A stretch of 64,000 nucleotides of DNA from Deltaproteobacteria bacterium (GCA_040218735.1 JAVJQW010000061.1:292768-356767), one strand, 5' to 3'; positions 19,250 to 29,722 are shown, numbered from the stretch's first letter. The notes: generated by a model from the letters alone, not told the origin. A program made the numbers and translations.

Positions 19250-20881
19250 TCAGCGTCCGAAGTAGCGGTCGATGTCCTGGACCATCTTCGGGACCTTGCG
19301 CTTGCAGATCTTCACGACCGAGGTCGCCGCCGCAGCGCGCACGCCACCGCGCGAGCCCTTGTCGCTGTCGGTGATGGTCCGGAGGATCTTCTTCGTCTTC
19401 CCGTTGATCAGCTTCAGCGTGAGCGTCGTCTTCACGACCTCGGCGCCGCGGATCTGCCCGCGCTTCTCGGCGCGGACCTGGCCCTTGATGATGACGTCGA
19501 AGTCACCGGCGATCTCGATCTCGTCCTCGTCCTCGTCGACGTTGGCGTTGATCTGATAGCCGCGGTTCGTCAGCGCCTCCTCGAGGCAGCCCCGCAGGTC
19601 CTCCGCCGCCGCGCCCGCGAGGGCGAGCCCGAAGCTCAGGTTGCCCGCCGCCTCCTCGAGGAGCGCGGTGAGGTCCGCCATTTTGTACGGCGACGGGATG
19701 CCACGGCCGTCGGTGCGCACGACGCGGAGGTCGGAGTTCATCGTCTCGCGGTGCACGAACGCGATGACCGCCTTCTTGAGCGCCTTGAGCCGCTGCAACT
19801 TGTCTTGCGACGCCTTCGCGGCGTTCAGGTTCGCGCCGACCTCGGCGTCCTTCGCCTGGATCTGCTCGCGGAGCGCCGTCGAAGCCTTCGCGCGGTCGAT
19901 CACCGCCAGCGTGTAGAAGGTGCCCTTCCCGTCCGCCCAGCGGTCCGCGATCTCGGACATCGAGACCTGCTTGTCGGTCGACACCAGGGACATCTGCGAG
20001 ACACTCGACGCCTCGATCCACGCCTCCCCGGTCTTCGAGGAGATGACACTCGCCGCGCTGTCGAAGCTCTTCACCACCGCCTGCACGTGCGACTCGAAGA
20101 TACGGCCGAGCTCGGCGCGCGCGTCGTTGTCCGCGGCGCGCTGGCTGGTCCCGCTGCCGAGGCCACACAGGTATGCGTTGCGATCGCACTGCCCCTTCGT
20201 CCAACCGGGCTGCGGGCCGCCGACCTTCACGGTCGGTCCCGGCTCCGCCGCGGGCGGCGCGACCGGGGGCGGCGGCGGCGGCGTGTCGTCACCACCGGCG
20301 ACCGCTTCGGGCGGCTCGGCCGGCGCCGGCGGGCGCGGCTTCATCTCACCCTCGAGATCGTCGAGGACCTTGCCGCCGTTTTTGTCGACCCAGTCCTTCA
20401 TCGACGTGCCCATCTCGGCCTTCGCGGCCGCGATCGTCTTCGCCTTGTCGAAGTCGAGCTGCACGAGCACGAACAGCGTCTGTGCGTTCGGGTCGACCCA
20501 CTGATTGGTCACCTCGGTGCCCGTCATGAGGTTCGCCGAGAACGTCTTCACGGCCTGCTCGACGTGCTGCTCCTCCGACGAGGCGTCCCCGGCCGAAGTC
20601 GACGCGGAGTAGTCCTTCATCAGCGACGCCGAGTAGGTCTCCAGGACCTTCGAGATCTCCGCGCGCCCGCGGTTCGCCGCGGTGTCGCGCGCGAGCGCCG
20701 GGTTCTTCACGCCCTTGACCGCGCCCACGCCGTAGATGACGCGGCTCTCGACGACGTTGCCCCGGTTCACCCAATCGGGTGCGCCCGCGGGTGCCGCGGG
20801 GTGATCGACCTTCGCCTGCGATCCGCCGCAAGCGGCGAGCGCCATGGCCGTCATCGTCATCGTCCAACTGAAGTGCTTCAC
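19250..20881 (-). CDS. LPP20-family lipoprotein with two LPP20-like domains
   Basis: Lipobox LAA-C; PDWV...ARDTAANRGRAEIS; second domain AADNDARAELGRIF; Pro-rich linker. Confidence 0.7.
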   Translation of the reverse strand: MKHFSWTMTMTAMALAACGGSQAKVDHPAAPAGAPDWVNRGNVVESRVIYGVGAVKGVKNPALARDTAANRGRAEISKVLETYSASLMKDYSASTSAGDASSEEQHVEQAVKTFSANLMTGTEVTNQWVDPNAQTLFVLVQLDFDKAKTIAAAKAEMGTSMKDWVDKNGGKVLDDLEGEMKPRPPAPAEPPEAVAGGDDTPPPPPPVAPPAAEPGPTVKVGGPQPGWTKGQCDRNAYLCGLGSGTSQRAADNDARAELGRIFESHVQAVVKSFDSAASVISSKTGEAWIEASSVSQMSLVSTDKQVSMSEIADRWADGKGTFYTLAVIDRAKASTALREQIQAKDAEVGANLNAAKASQDKLQRLKALKKAVIAFVHRETMNSDLRVVRTDGRGIPSPYKMADLTALLEEAAGNLSFGLALAGAAAEDLRGCLEEALTNRGYQINANVDEDEDEIEIAGDFDVIIKGQVRAEKRGQIRGAEVVKTTLTLKLINGKTKKILRTITDSDKGSRGGVRAAAATSVVKICKRKVPKMVQDIDRYFGR

Positions 20882-20956
20882 GAGTGCCACCTTTACGTAA
20901 TCCAGGACGCCACTGTCGGCGGCGTCCTTCAAGCTCGTCCTACCTTGTGCGCGCGC

Positions 20957-22318
20957 TCATTGGAGCGTGCGCAAGCTGATGATCTTCCGCTCGCCCGCCG
21001 CGACCTGCACCGGGATGGTCCGTGCGCCGCCGCCGACGAAGTCGATCTGCACCGAGTGCTGCCCGGCCGGGACCCACATCCGCGTCACGCCGATCGCCGC
21101 GGGGAGCGTGGTCCACGCGCGAAGGTCGGCGTGCTCCGACGCCGCCGACGCGACGTTGCCGATCAGACCGATGAGCGCACCGGCGACTTTACGACCCGTC
21201 GACGAGTCCTTGCCGCCCGACACGGCCTTCGACGTGCCCTTCGTCGCCACGTACTTCACGATCGCACGCGCGATCGCCCGCGCCTTGATCGCGGGGAGCC
21301 GGTGCTCGAAGTTGCGCAACGCGATCGTCGTGATCGGCTCCGCCATCACCGTCGTCGACGACGCCCCTGCCGCCGTCACCTTCGCCTTCGTGATCCGGAA
21401 CGGCCGCGCCTCGAACTTCGGGATCGCGATCCGCATCACGTAGCCGTCCGGCATCCGACCGTCGATGAACAGGTCCTTCTTCGACGGCGCCTCGCCGGCA
21501 CCGTGGAACACGATGAGCTCCGACATCCCGCTGTTGAGCTTTTCGTAGGTGTCCCCCGCGACTTGGAGGCGGCCCTTGAGCTCGTCGGCGTCGGCGGTCA
21601 TCCCGGCGAGGTACGCGGAGCGCACCACGTCCTCCTTCAGGTACTGCGGCGCCGGCGTGCCGAACTTGCCGGCGTACTCCTTGTCGTACGCCCGCAGCGC
21701 GGCCTTGTAGGCGAGGTGCGCGTCGTTGTGGCTGCCTTCCATCTCGTAGAACAGCCCCACGAGCCACAGGATGAAGGCGTCCTGCTTGTACAACAGCCCG
21801 ACGGCCTTGCCGTCGTCGCCCGCCTCCTTCTCGTAGTGGACCTGCATCTTCTTGAGGAACTCGTCGGCGCGGCGGGCCTCGACGAGCGCGTCGTCGATGC
21901 GCCCCTGCTCCACCGCGTTGAGCGCCGTGAAGAAGTACAGGAGGATCTTCTCGAACTCCTCGCCGCCGTAGTCCTGGACCGTCTCGCTGACGATGAACTT
22001 CGTCGCCTCCGAGGAGATCGACGTCGTCCACAGCTTCTGCATCTCGGCTTCTGCCGCGACGAAGTTCTTGTTCGATTTCTGATAGTCGCCCGCGTAGTGG
22101 TACAGCGTCCCGAGGTTGAGCCAGTACATGACTCGATCCTCTTCCTTGTAGGCCTTGTCCTTGGACGCCTCGAGGGCCGAGGCGGCCGCGCCCCACTCGC
22201 CCCGCACCATCTGCGGGCGCATCTGCGTGTACTGCGTGCGCAGGCCCTGTTGGCTTCGACAAGCCACGGAGCCCGACGCCATCAGGGCGACGACGGAAGC
22301 GAGAACGAAGCTACGCAC
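20957..22318 (-). CDS. COG3014-like TPR lipoprotein
   Basis: Lipobox SVA-C; YxGEEFEK, ALVEARRA, ADLRAWTTLP; adjacent to LpoB-like gene. Confidence 0.7.
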   Translation of the reverse strand: MRSFVLASVVALMASGSVACRSQQGLRTQYTQMRPQMVRGEWGAAASALEASKDKAYKEEDRVMYWLNLGTLYHYAGDYQKSNKNFVAAEAEMQKLWTTSISSEATKFIVSETVQDYGGEEFEKILLYFFTALNAVEQGRIDDALVEARRADEFLKKMQVHYEKEAGDDGKAVGLLYKQDAFILWLVGLFYEMEGSHNDAHLAYKAALRAYDKEYAGKFGTPAPQYLKEDVVRSAYLAGMTADADELKGRLQVAGDTYEKLNSGMSELIVFHGAGEAPSKKDLFIDGRMPDGYVMRIAIPKFEARPFRITKAKVTAAGASSTTVMAEPITTIALRNFEHRLPAIKARAIARAIVKYVATKGTSKAVSGGKDSSTGRKVAGALIGLIGNVASAASEHADLRAWTTLPAAIGVTRMWVPAGQHSVQIDFVGGGARTIPVQVAAGERKIISLRTLQ

Positions 22319-22324
22319 GACGCG

Positions 22325-22945
22325 CTACCAGGAGGTTCCGGCCTGGTCGATCACCTTGCGAATCGTGTGGCTCTTCGTCCAGACCTTCTCGTTGGTCTCG
22401 ACGTTGAGCAGCTCCATGTTCACGAGGTACGCGCGCACGCTCTTGCCGCCACCGTCGGTCTCGTTCTGCGAGTTGATGATGGTCTGGAGCGTGTAGTCCG
22501 CGCCGACCTCCATCTGGTGGCTCTTCGCGGTCTCGTCGCTGGCGTGCGTCGCCTGACGCGAGCGCTCGGAGACGTTGATGTCCTCCTGCCCGCCCGCGGC
22601 GACGACGCGCACGCGACCGGAGTTGAGGAGCTCCTCTTCCAGCTTCTTCGAGAAGAACTGCGTGTTGATGTTGCGATCGTCGGTGCGCTTGATGACACCC
22701 GCGAGCTTCACCACCGCGCGCTGGCCGCCGTTCTCCGACTGGTAGTTCGAAGACCACGGGTGCCGGAGGCAGGATTCGATCATCACCTTCGCGACCTGCT
22801 GCGCGTCGATGTCGTTCCAGTAGCCGGACAGGTCGCCGCCCGCCGTGCTGTCGGAAGACGTGCGCGTGACGCGCTTGTTCGGGCCGCAGGCCACCATCGT
22901 CGTGGTGAGCGCGGCGCAGATCGCCATCGTACGGATCGTGTTCAT
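22325..22945 (-). CDS. Penicillin-binding protein activator LpoB-like lipoprotein
   Basis: Lipobox MVA-C; WNDIDAQ, GADYTL, Y.VNMELLNVETNEKVW. Confidence 0.75.
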   Translation of the reverse strand: MNTIRTMAICAALTTTMVACGPNKRVTRTSSDSTAGGDLSGYWNDIDAQQVAKVMIESCLRHPWSSNYQSENGGQRAVVKLAGVIKRTDDRNINTQFFSKKLEEELLNSGRVRVVAAGGQEDINVSERSRQATHASDETAKSHQMEVGADYTLQTIINSQNETDGGGKSVRAYLVNMELLNVETNEKVWTKSHTIRKVIDQAGTSW

Positions 22946-23021
22946 GATTCCCCTCGTGCCTCCTTACGCGGGTGGGGTCCTACCACCCGGTCGAGTCCCG
23001 CACCACCCCCACGGGGTGGCA

Positions 23022-24206
23022 TCAAATCGAGGTCTCGAAGCGCAAGCGCCCCCAGACCTCGCCCGTGAATGCGCTGATCACCTTGAAGTCGGCGCGCCGA
23101 CTCCCCGGGTCCCCGATCAACTTCCCTTCGATCAGGAAGTCGACGCCCTCACGGTGCAGTTTCTTCAGATTCTTCTTCCGCGCGGAGCCGCGGCCGAGGT
23201 CCATCGCCACCGGCGTGATCTCTGAGCCGGTCTTCGCGATGAACTTGTCCGACTCCTCGAGTCGCTCGAGCATCTTGTCGCGGAACATCGCGACGAGCTC
23301 GGCGTTGTCCTCCGCCTCGTCGTCGACGCGACCGATCGCGATCCGGTAGCGGTACCGCGAGTTCGAGACCCGCGCGCCCAGCCCGAAGCTGCCGCGCTTC
23401 TTCTTGTCCTTGTCCCGCTCCTTGATCCACTTCGCGAGGAAGCCGGATCCGCGCTCGTCGGGCTCCACCACGTAGACCACGCCGACGGGGCGATCGTTCT
23501 CGCCGAGCCCCTCTTCGAACACCGCGAGCGGCATCCCGGCCTTCGGCTTGCCGTAGCGCAGCTTCACGTGGACCTTCTTGCCGCCGAGCTCCTCGTCGAC
23601 CTCGCCCTCGTAGCGCCACGCGTCGAGACGCTTCAGCGCGTCGATGCAGCGGTCGGCGGTGTCGTAGAACGCGCGCGCGTCGATGTTGAGGAACGCGTCG
23701 CTCTTCTTCGCCTGCGACCCCGTCCCGCTCACCAGCCCCGCGATCTTCCGCGCCGCGGTGCGGACCGCGCGACGCATCTTCTTCGCGTTGCGGAAGTCGA
23801 CGTCCTCGGCCATCTCCAGCTCGAGCGTCTCCACGTTCGTGACGTGCACCGTCATCGTGAACGCGTCACCAAGATACGAGATCTGCCCGGACACGACGTA
23901 GTCGGCCTTCAGGAAGCGCCCGATCTGCCGGATGGTCTTCTGCTCGTAGAGCCCGGTCATCTCGCGCTCGAAGCGCTTCACGGCGTTGGTCGCGCGCTTC
24001 TCGTCGACGACGCGCACCTTCCGTGACTTCACGAGCTCGGTGATGAACGAAGGCTGGGCGTTGCGGCCCATGTTCCCGTACTTCGTCGGCGACGAGAACG
24101 GGAGCACCGCGACGACCTTCTTGTCGGCGTAGGCTTCGGCGGCGGCAGCGCAGAGGAGACCGGTGGCGACGAGCGTGACGCTCGTGAGGCGGGACAGGCG
24201 GGACAT
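23022..24206 (-). CDS. CsgG/FlgO/TolB-N-like periplasmic protein
   Basis: Signal peptide AYA; VAVLPF...ELVKS...VRVVD...IGRFLKADYVVSG. Confidence 0.6.
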   Translation of the reverse strand: MSRLSRLTSVTLVATGLLCAAAAEAYADKKVVAVLPFSSPTKYGNMGRNAQPSFITELVKSRKVRVVDEKRATNAVKRFEREMTGLYEQKTIRQIGRFLKADYVVSGQISYLGDAFTMTVHVTNVETLELEMAEDVDFRNAKKMRRAVRTAARKIAGLVSGTGSQAKKSDAFLNIDARAFYDTADRCIDALKRLDAWRYEGEVDEELGGKKVHVKLRYGKPKAGMPLAVFEEGLGENDRPVGVVYVVEPDERGSGFLAKWIKERDKDKKKRGSFGLGARVSNSRYRYRIAIGRVDDEAEDNAELVAMFRDKMLERLEESDKFIAKTGSEITPVAMDLGRGSARKKNLKKLHREGVDFLIEGKLIGDPGSRRADFKVISAFTGEVWGRLRFETSI

Positions 24207-24240
24207 CGTTTCTCTCGATCCAGGTGCGCGAACGCGCGAC

Positions 24241-25461
24241 CTACAGGTCGTCGAACATCGACTTCGACTTGTTCTTGGTCTTGTTGCCGGTGCGGCCGCG
24301 CTTCGCGTCGATCTTGCGGCTCGCGTCCTTCATGATCGCCTCCAGCTTGCGCGTCTCCTTGACGCGCTCCGAGACGAACTTGTCGAGCTTGTACGGGCGC
24401 GCCTTCGTGAGCTGCTTCGGCTTCACGGTCGGCTTCGCGATCGACTTCGACTTGCCGCGGACCTTGATCTTCTGCTCGCCGCGCATCCCGCGCGACACGG
24501 TCTGCGTCTCGGACGCGACCGACGAGAACTCCGGATCCTCGGCGACGACCTCGTCCTGCTCCGGCTCCACCACCGCGACGAGCGTCTTCCCGTCGCCGCC
24601 GTCGACCGTGTACGTCTCCCCCGCGGGCTTCGCGGGCTTGGTGTCCGTCGCCTTCGGCGGCGGCGCCGCGGCGACGACGGCGCCGCCGAACAGCGACTTG
24701 TCGACGGCGGCCGGCGCGTACGCGACTGTCATGTGGCGGTTCCGCTCCAGCCACTTCTTCGCGACCGAGCTCTTGAGGCTGAAGTTGATGTCGGTGATCG
24801 CGAGCCCGTCCTGCGCGCGGCGCGAGATGCTCGTGTTGATGCCGACCATGTGGCCGTACTGGTTGATCAGCGGGCCGCCGGAGTTGCCGCGGTTCACGGA
24901 CGCTTCCGTCTGGTAGACGTCCTTACCGCCCACGCCCTGGAAGTCCGCGACGATCGACGAGATCGATCCCGTCGTCAGCGTCCAAAGGCCGCCCGTCTCG
25001 GGGTGTCCGATCGCGACGACCGGATCGCCGATCTCCACGTCGTCCGGGTTCGCCATCTGGATCGTCATCAGATCCGGCGGCGGGTCGACCATGCGCAGCA
25101 ACGCGAGGTCGAGCTCGGGATCGATGTCGATGATCGTGGCCTGGTAGCGGTGCTTCAGGTCCTTCTTCATCGAGCCCTGGATCTTGTCCGGCTTGATGTA
25201 GACGAAGACCTTCTTGAACTTCTGCCCGCTCTTCGCGACGACGTGCGCGTTGGTGATCACCTGGCCATCGCTGGAGATGATCGAGCCGGTGCCGGCGCTG
25301 CCCTGCGCGGATCCGTCCGTCGCGAAGACGAGCACGACGGCTTTGCCGTACGTCTTGTAGATCTGCTTGGGCGAAAGCCCATCGGCGAACGCCGACGCGC
25401 TGACGAACATCAGCGCACCGGCCATCACCATCGATGCGGCGTAGGCTCTCTTCGACATCAT
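24241..25461 (-). CDS. Trypsin-like (S1C/HtrA-type, no PDZ) serine protease
   Basis: GTGSII, TNAHVV, DLALL, GNSGGP; basic C-terminal tail. Confidence 0.85.
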   Translation of the reverse strand: MMSKRAYAASMVMAGALMFVSASAFADGLSPKQIYKTYGKAVVLVFATDGSAQGSAGTGSIISSDGQVITNAHVVAKSGQKFKKVFVYIKPDKIQGSMKKDLKHRYQATIIDIDPELDLALLRMVDPPPDLMTIQMANPDDVEIGDPVVAIGHPETGGLWTLTTGSISSIVADFQGVGGKDVYQTEASVNRGNSGGPLINQYGHMVGINTSISRRAQDGLAITDINFSLKSSVAKKWLERNRHMTVAYAPAAVDKSLFGGAVVAAAPPPKATDTKPAKPAGETYTVDGGDGKTLVAVVEPEQDEVVAEDPEFSSVASETQTVSRGMRGEQKIKVRGKSKSIAKPTVKPKQLTKARPYKLDKFVSERVKETRKLEAIMKDASRKIDAKRGRTGNKTKNKSKSMFDDL

Positions 25462-26108
25462 CACTGCTCCATGGTCTCTTCGGGGTTGGCGGCGGGGGGT
25501 GGGACGTCTGCCGTCCCGGATTTCTTCTCGGCGTGTTTCGCTTCCATGGCTTCGAGCTCGTCGAAGGCCTTTTCCGCGCGCTGCCTCACCCCTTCGAGCG
25601 CCGCCTCGCGCTCCTCTTCGGGGTAGGCTTCCTTGATCTTCTCGGCGAGGTCGGCGACGGACTGGTCCTTCTTCATGCAGGCCAGCGCGTAGGTCATGCC
25701 GGGGTTCGCGACGTTGCCGTATTTGTCGTACCAGGAGTGGACGATCTCGGCGCCGTTGAGGACACCTCCGGCCACGGCGCTCTCCACCTCGCTGACGATG
25801 TACTGACGAACGCTCCCGCCGCGGTTGCTCTCGTAGTCGTACATCACGCTGTAGATCGTCACCTGAATCGTGCGCGCAAGCTCGTTGCGCGCGGCCTCGG
25901 CCGCGTACACGCGACCGTCCTGCTGATAGTAGGTCTTGTCGACCGCCCCCGTCGCACAGATGTACCCCGGCTTCGAGGGCGTCTCGTAGACCCAGTCGGG
26001 AACCTTCACGTCCGGCGGAGGCGTCTTCACGACCTTCACCGGCGGCTTGCTCCCTCCGCACGCGACGAGATGGGCGGCCAAGGCGGCGAGCGCAAAGCGC
26101 CGCATCAT
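25461..26108 (-). CDS. LPP20-like lipoprotein
   Basis: Lipobox LVA-C; PDWV...AAEAARNELARTI. Confidence 0.6.
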   Translation of the reverse strand: MMRRFALAALAAHLVACGGSKPPVKVVKTPPPDVKVPDWVYETPSKPGYICATGAVDKTYYQQDGRVYAAEAARNELARTIQVTIYSVMYDYESNRGGSVRQYIVSEVESAVAGGVLNGAEIVHSWYDKYGNVANPGMTYALACMKKDQSVADLAEKIKEAYPEEEREAALEGVRQRAEKAFDELEAMEAKHAEKKSGTADVPPPAANPEETMEQ

Positions 26109-26161
26109 GATGATTCGGCTACTCGCCACCTCGAGCCTCCCTCCTCGGTTCGCGTGACCGA

Positions 26162-26752
26162 CTACATGCCGTCGGCGTGCTTGGCTTCCTCGCGCTCGAG
26201 CTCGGCGAAGCTCTTCTCGGCCGCGCGCTTCACGCGCTCCTTGACCTTCGCGTTGAGCTCTTTGCTCTGGTCGAGCATGCCCATGAACTTCTCGAAGTCG
26301 AGACGCGCCAGGGCGTAGAACGTGCCATCCACGGGGTGAATCCACTGCTCGACGATCTCTACGCCGTTCAGGGTGCCGGCCGCAAACGTCTTCACGGCCT
26401 GCTCGACGTGCTGCTCTTCGGACGACGCGGAGAAGTCCCCGGCCGTGGTCGAAGCCGCGTAGTCCTTCATGAGGGACGCGGTGTACGTCTCGAATATTTT
26501 CTGCATCTCGGCGCGGGCCTGGTTGCCGGCCGCCGAGCGCAGGAGCGCGGGGTTCTTGATGCCGGACTTGGCACCGACCGCGTAGATCACGCGGGTTTCA
26601 CCGCCAAAGGCGCCGCTGCCGCGGGTCACCCACTCGGGGTGCTCGACGACCGGGCCGTGGGCGGAGAGCTGGCTCTCTTGGTTGGAGCTGCCGGAGCAGG
26701 CGACCAAGGTGGGAAGGGCAAGGGTGAGTGCTGCGAACGCGAACCGATTCAT
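26162..26752 (-). CDS. LPP20-family lipoprotein
   Basis: Lipobox LVA-C; PEWV...ARAEMQK; closely similar to the N-terminal domain of 19250..20881. Confidence 0.7.
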   Translation of the reverse strand: MNRFAFAALTLALPTLVACSGSSNQESQLSAHGPVVEHPEWVTRGSGAFGGETRVIYAVGAKSGIKNPALLRSAAGNQARAEMQKIFETYTASLMKDYAASTTAGDFSASSEEQHVEQAVKTFAAGTLNGVEIVEQWIHPVDGTFYALARLDFEKFMGMLDQSKELNAKVKERVKRAAEKSFAELEREEAKHADGM

Positions 26753-26957
26753 GACTGAATGAACTCCTTGGACATAGGGCCGTGTCTACCACGCCCTGGG
26801 CTGTCATCTATCGCATAGCAAGACGCTTCAATCGACCGGTCGATGCAGACATGACCGCCCTCACGAGCCTGAATGCGGCCCCCGGGACCGGCTCGCCGGA
26901 CCGCAAACGGCCCTCACCGGTGACCCAAGGCCTGGTCCCTGGTACGGGTGACTACGT

Positions 26958-28169
26958 ATGGGGCGAAGGCGCAGGATCCGGCTGTGTCAGCTCACGCCCT
27001 GTCTGTGGAGCGGGGGCACCGAGGAGCGCCTGGCCCGGGTCATGGCCGCGATGGACCGCTCGGAGTTCGAGCTGACGTGGATGGGGTTCGGCCCGGTCCG
27101 CGAGGCGCTGATCGACCGCGCGGGGCCGTCGATCGACGTCGTGCCGTTTTTGCGTAACGTCGGCGGCGGCGTCGAGCCGCAGCTCGTGCTGCAGATCGCG
27201 AGGCAGCTGCGAAAGCGTCGCCCGGATGTCATGCACATCCACAACTGGTCGACGTCCCTGTACGGCATCGCCGCCGCCCGCCTCGCCGGCGTCCCGTGCG
27301 TCGCGTACGGGTTGGGGGGTGCGGAGAGCGCCGACGAGGCCCCACCCCGCCGCAAGAAGGCGATGCGAGCGCTCGCGCCCCACGTGGATCGCTTCACAGC
27401 GGTGTGTCGGTTCCTCGGGGATCGGATCCAGGAGAACTGGGCGGTCCCGTCCTCGCGGGTGTCGGTGCTGCGGACCGGGATCGACCTCGACTGGATCGAC
27501 CGGGGTCCGAGCGGCGCCGAGATTCGGGAGCGGCTCGGCCTGGCGCCCGACGCGCTGATCGTCGGCGCGGTGAGCGTGCTTCGGCCGGTGAAGCGCATCC
27601 ACGACCTGATCGAAGCGGTCGGGCGGATCGCGCCGCGGTTCCCGAGGCTTCAGCTCGTCATCGGCGGCAACCCGCTCGGCGTCTCCCTCGACGAGCTGCG
27701 CGCGCAGGCCGAGGCGCTCGGGTTGGAGGATCGGATCGTCCTGCTGGGCCGGGTCGTGCACCCGGAGCACCTGCTGCGAGCGTTCGATGTGTTCGTAAAC
27801 TGCTCCGCGTTCGAGGGCGCGTCGAACGCGATCCTGGAGGCGATGGCGGCGCGGGTACCCGTGGTCGCGACGGCGGTAGGCGGCACGCCGGAGCTGATCG
27901 ACGACGGCGTCGAGGGCCTCCTCGTCCCGCCCGCCGCTCCGGCCCGGCTCGGTGACGCCCTCGCCCGCCTCCTCGCCGATCCCGAGCTGCGGACGAGCGC
28001 GCAAGAGGCCGGTCGGCGCCGAATCGAGTCCCGTCACACGTTCACGCATATGGTGGACGGATACCTCGCCTTCTACCGCGAGAGCGGAGCGCGCGCCGCG
28101 GACGTCGGCCGCGCAGCCCGCACGGCCTCCGCAATGTGGACGACGCTTCAGCGGCTCGCCGCGTCCTGA
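26958..28169 (+). CDS. Glycosyltransferase family 4 (GT-B)
   Basis: GGTE; K motif in RPVKR; EGASNAILEAMA; VGGTPE. Confidence 0.85.
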   Translation: MGRRRRIRLCQLTPCLWSGGTEERLARVMAAMDRSEFELTWMGFGPVREALIDRAGPSIDVVPFLRNVGGGVEPQLVLQIARQLRKRRPDVMHIHNWSTSLYGIAAARLAGVPCVAYGLGGAESADEAPPRRKKAMRALAPHVDRFTAVCRFLGDRIQENWAVPSSRVSVLRTGIDLDWIDRGPSGAEIRERLGLAPDALIVGAVSVLRPVKRIHDLIEAVGRIAPRFPRLQLVIGGNPLGVSLDELRAQAEALGLEDRIVLLGRVVHPEHLLRAFDVFVNCSAFEGASNAILEAMAARVPVVATAVGGTPELIDDGVEGLLVPPAAPARLGDALARLLADPELRTSAQEAGRRRIESRHTFTHMVDGYLAFYRESGARAADVGRAARTASAMWTTLQRLAAS

Positions 28170-28987
28170 GTTCGCGCCGGCGGCCACCGCGTGGGGAGCG
28201 GATGAACGAGACGCGCCGCGGTCGAACGCGGGAAGGTCTCGTCGCCGGCGAAGCCGAGGGCCTCCGGCTGCTCGGTGTCGCCCGGTAGGTACGCCGTCCC
28301 GAACAGGAAGTCCCACGCAGGGAAGATGATCGCGAAGTTCTGTCCGTGTGATACGTGCAGCGTTCGGTCGTGGTGCCAGACGTGGAAGCGCGGAGAGTTG
28401 ATCACGTAGCGGAGCGGCCCCCAGTCCCAGCGGATGTTCGCGTGATTCAGGTGGCCGATCAGCGTGCCGACCACCGCGATCGCCAGCATAGCGCGGCCGT
28501 CGATACCGAGGATCACGAGCGGGAGGTAGGTGAGCGCCCGGTAGATGACGATCTCCATCCAGTGGAATCGGAAGCTCCCGATCCAGTCGAGCGCTTCGAT
28601 GGAGTGGTGGACCTTGTGGAACGTCCACAGCCACGGGACGCGATGAAGTAGCCTATGGATCGACCACTCGAGGAAGTCCTTCAGCACGAGCACGACGACG
28701 AACTGAACGGCGAGCGGCGCGGCACCGAGCCACGCGATCGACGCCGGCTCGGCGAGCCCGACGAGCCCAAACAGGGCGGCGATTTCCTCGACAGCGCGCG
28801 CGGCGGGGATCGCGATCAGCACGCCCGCGAAGTGCCCGTTGAAAACGAGCCAGAAGATGTCCTGCAAGAGGTCGCGCCGGAGGACCGGCTGCTTCGTTCG
28901 CCACGTGAAGAGGCGCTCGAGCCCGAAGCTGAGCGCGGATACCACCAGCAGCCAGAAGAAGTAACCGCGAGGCTCCAACGACGGCAC
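28148..28987 (-). CDS. Sterol desaturase / fatty acid hydroxylase family protein
   Basis: His boxes HRLLH, HKVHHS, HAN and HVWHH; WDFLFGT. Confidence 0.85.
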   Translation of the reverse strand: MPSLEPRGYFFWLLVVSALSFGLERLFTWRTKQPVLRRDLLQDIFWLVFNGHFAGVLIAIPAARAVEEIAALFGLVGLAEPASIAWLGAAPLAVQFVVVLVLKDFLEWSIHRLLHRVPWLWTFHKVHHSIEALDWIGSFRFHWMEIVIYRALTYLPLVILGIDGRAMLAIAVVGTLIGHLNHANIRWDWGPLRYVINSPRFHVWHHDRTLHVSHGQNFAIIFPAWDFLFGTAYLPGDTEQPEALGFAGDETFPRSTAARLVHPLPTRWPPARTQDAASR

Positions 28988-28996
28988 CTCGTCACA

Positions 28997-29040
28997 TTGA
29001 CGGCTCCGTTCGAAATATTCAATAATTCAATTGAATTGAA
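28997..29040 (+). promoter_or_regulatory. Putative promoter and ArsR operator
   Basis: TTGACG (28997) followed by an AT-rich island containing the inverted repeat ATTCAAT-N6-ATTGAAT (29017-29036). Confidence 0.5.
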
Positions 29041-29722
29041 GAACAAAAAGTACAGCTCGTCGCCCCGTGCGTTCAAGGACGCGATCTTCGGGCACCTCGC
29101 GCGGGTGGGAAAAGCGGTCTCGAACCCGGTCCGGGTCGAGCTGTTGGAGCTGCTGTCGCAGGCGCCGCGAACCGTGGAGGCGTTGGCGAAGGCGTCGAAC
29201 CAGAGCGTCGCGAACACGTCGCAGCACCTTCGGGTGCTGAAGAACGCGAGGTTCGTGGAAGCCGAGAAGCGCGGGCTCTTCGTCACCTACCGTCTCGCCG
29301 ACGAAGTGGTCGCCGACTTCTGCGTTTCACTTCGGAGCCTCGCGGAGCGGCGCATCCTGGAGATCGAGGCGCTGACGGAGGCGTTTCTGAGCGAGCGCGA
29401 CGCGCTCGAGGCCGTGGACCAAGACGACCTAGCCCTGCGCGTCGCGCGCAGCGAGGTGACGGTGCTCGATGTCCGTCCCGCGGAGGAGTACCGGGAGGCG
29501 CACATCGCGGGGGCGATCTCGGTGCCGCTCGAAGAGCTCGAACAACGGTTCAAGAAGCTGCCCAAGCGCAAACAGATCGTCGCGTACTGCCGCGGACCGT
29601 ATTGCGTGTTCGCAATCGAAGCGGTCGAGCGACTCCGGCGTAGCGGCTACGACGCGGTTCGACTCGAGCTCGGAGTGCAGGACTGGCGTGCGCGCGGTTT
29701 TGCGATCGAGGGCGCGTCGTGA
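29036..29722 (+). CDS. ArsR/SmtB transcription factor fused to a rhodanese domain
   Basis: KAVSNPVRVELLELL...SQHLRVLK; LDVRP.EEY..AHI.GA; YCRGPYC; TTG start at 29036 inferred. Confidence 0.88.
   Translation: MKNKKYSSSPRAFKDAIFGHLARVGKAVSNPVRVELLELLSQAPRTVEALAKASNQSVANTSQHLRVLKNARFVEAEKRGLFVTYRLADEVVADFCVSLRSLAERRILEIEALTEAFLSERDALEAVDQDDLALRVARSEVTVLDVRPAEEYREAHIAGAISVPLEELEQRFKKLPKRKQIVAYCRGPYCVFAIEAVERLRRSGYDAVRLELGVQDWRARGFAIEGAS

Noticed and set aside
19751-23068. 1105-aa plus-strand ORF and similar long ORFs (e.g. 32665..35739, 51300..53588, 59731..61890)
   Set aside because: Antisense or off-frame shadows of real genes, expected at high GC; no motifs.
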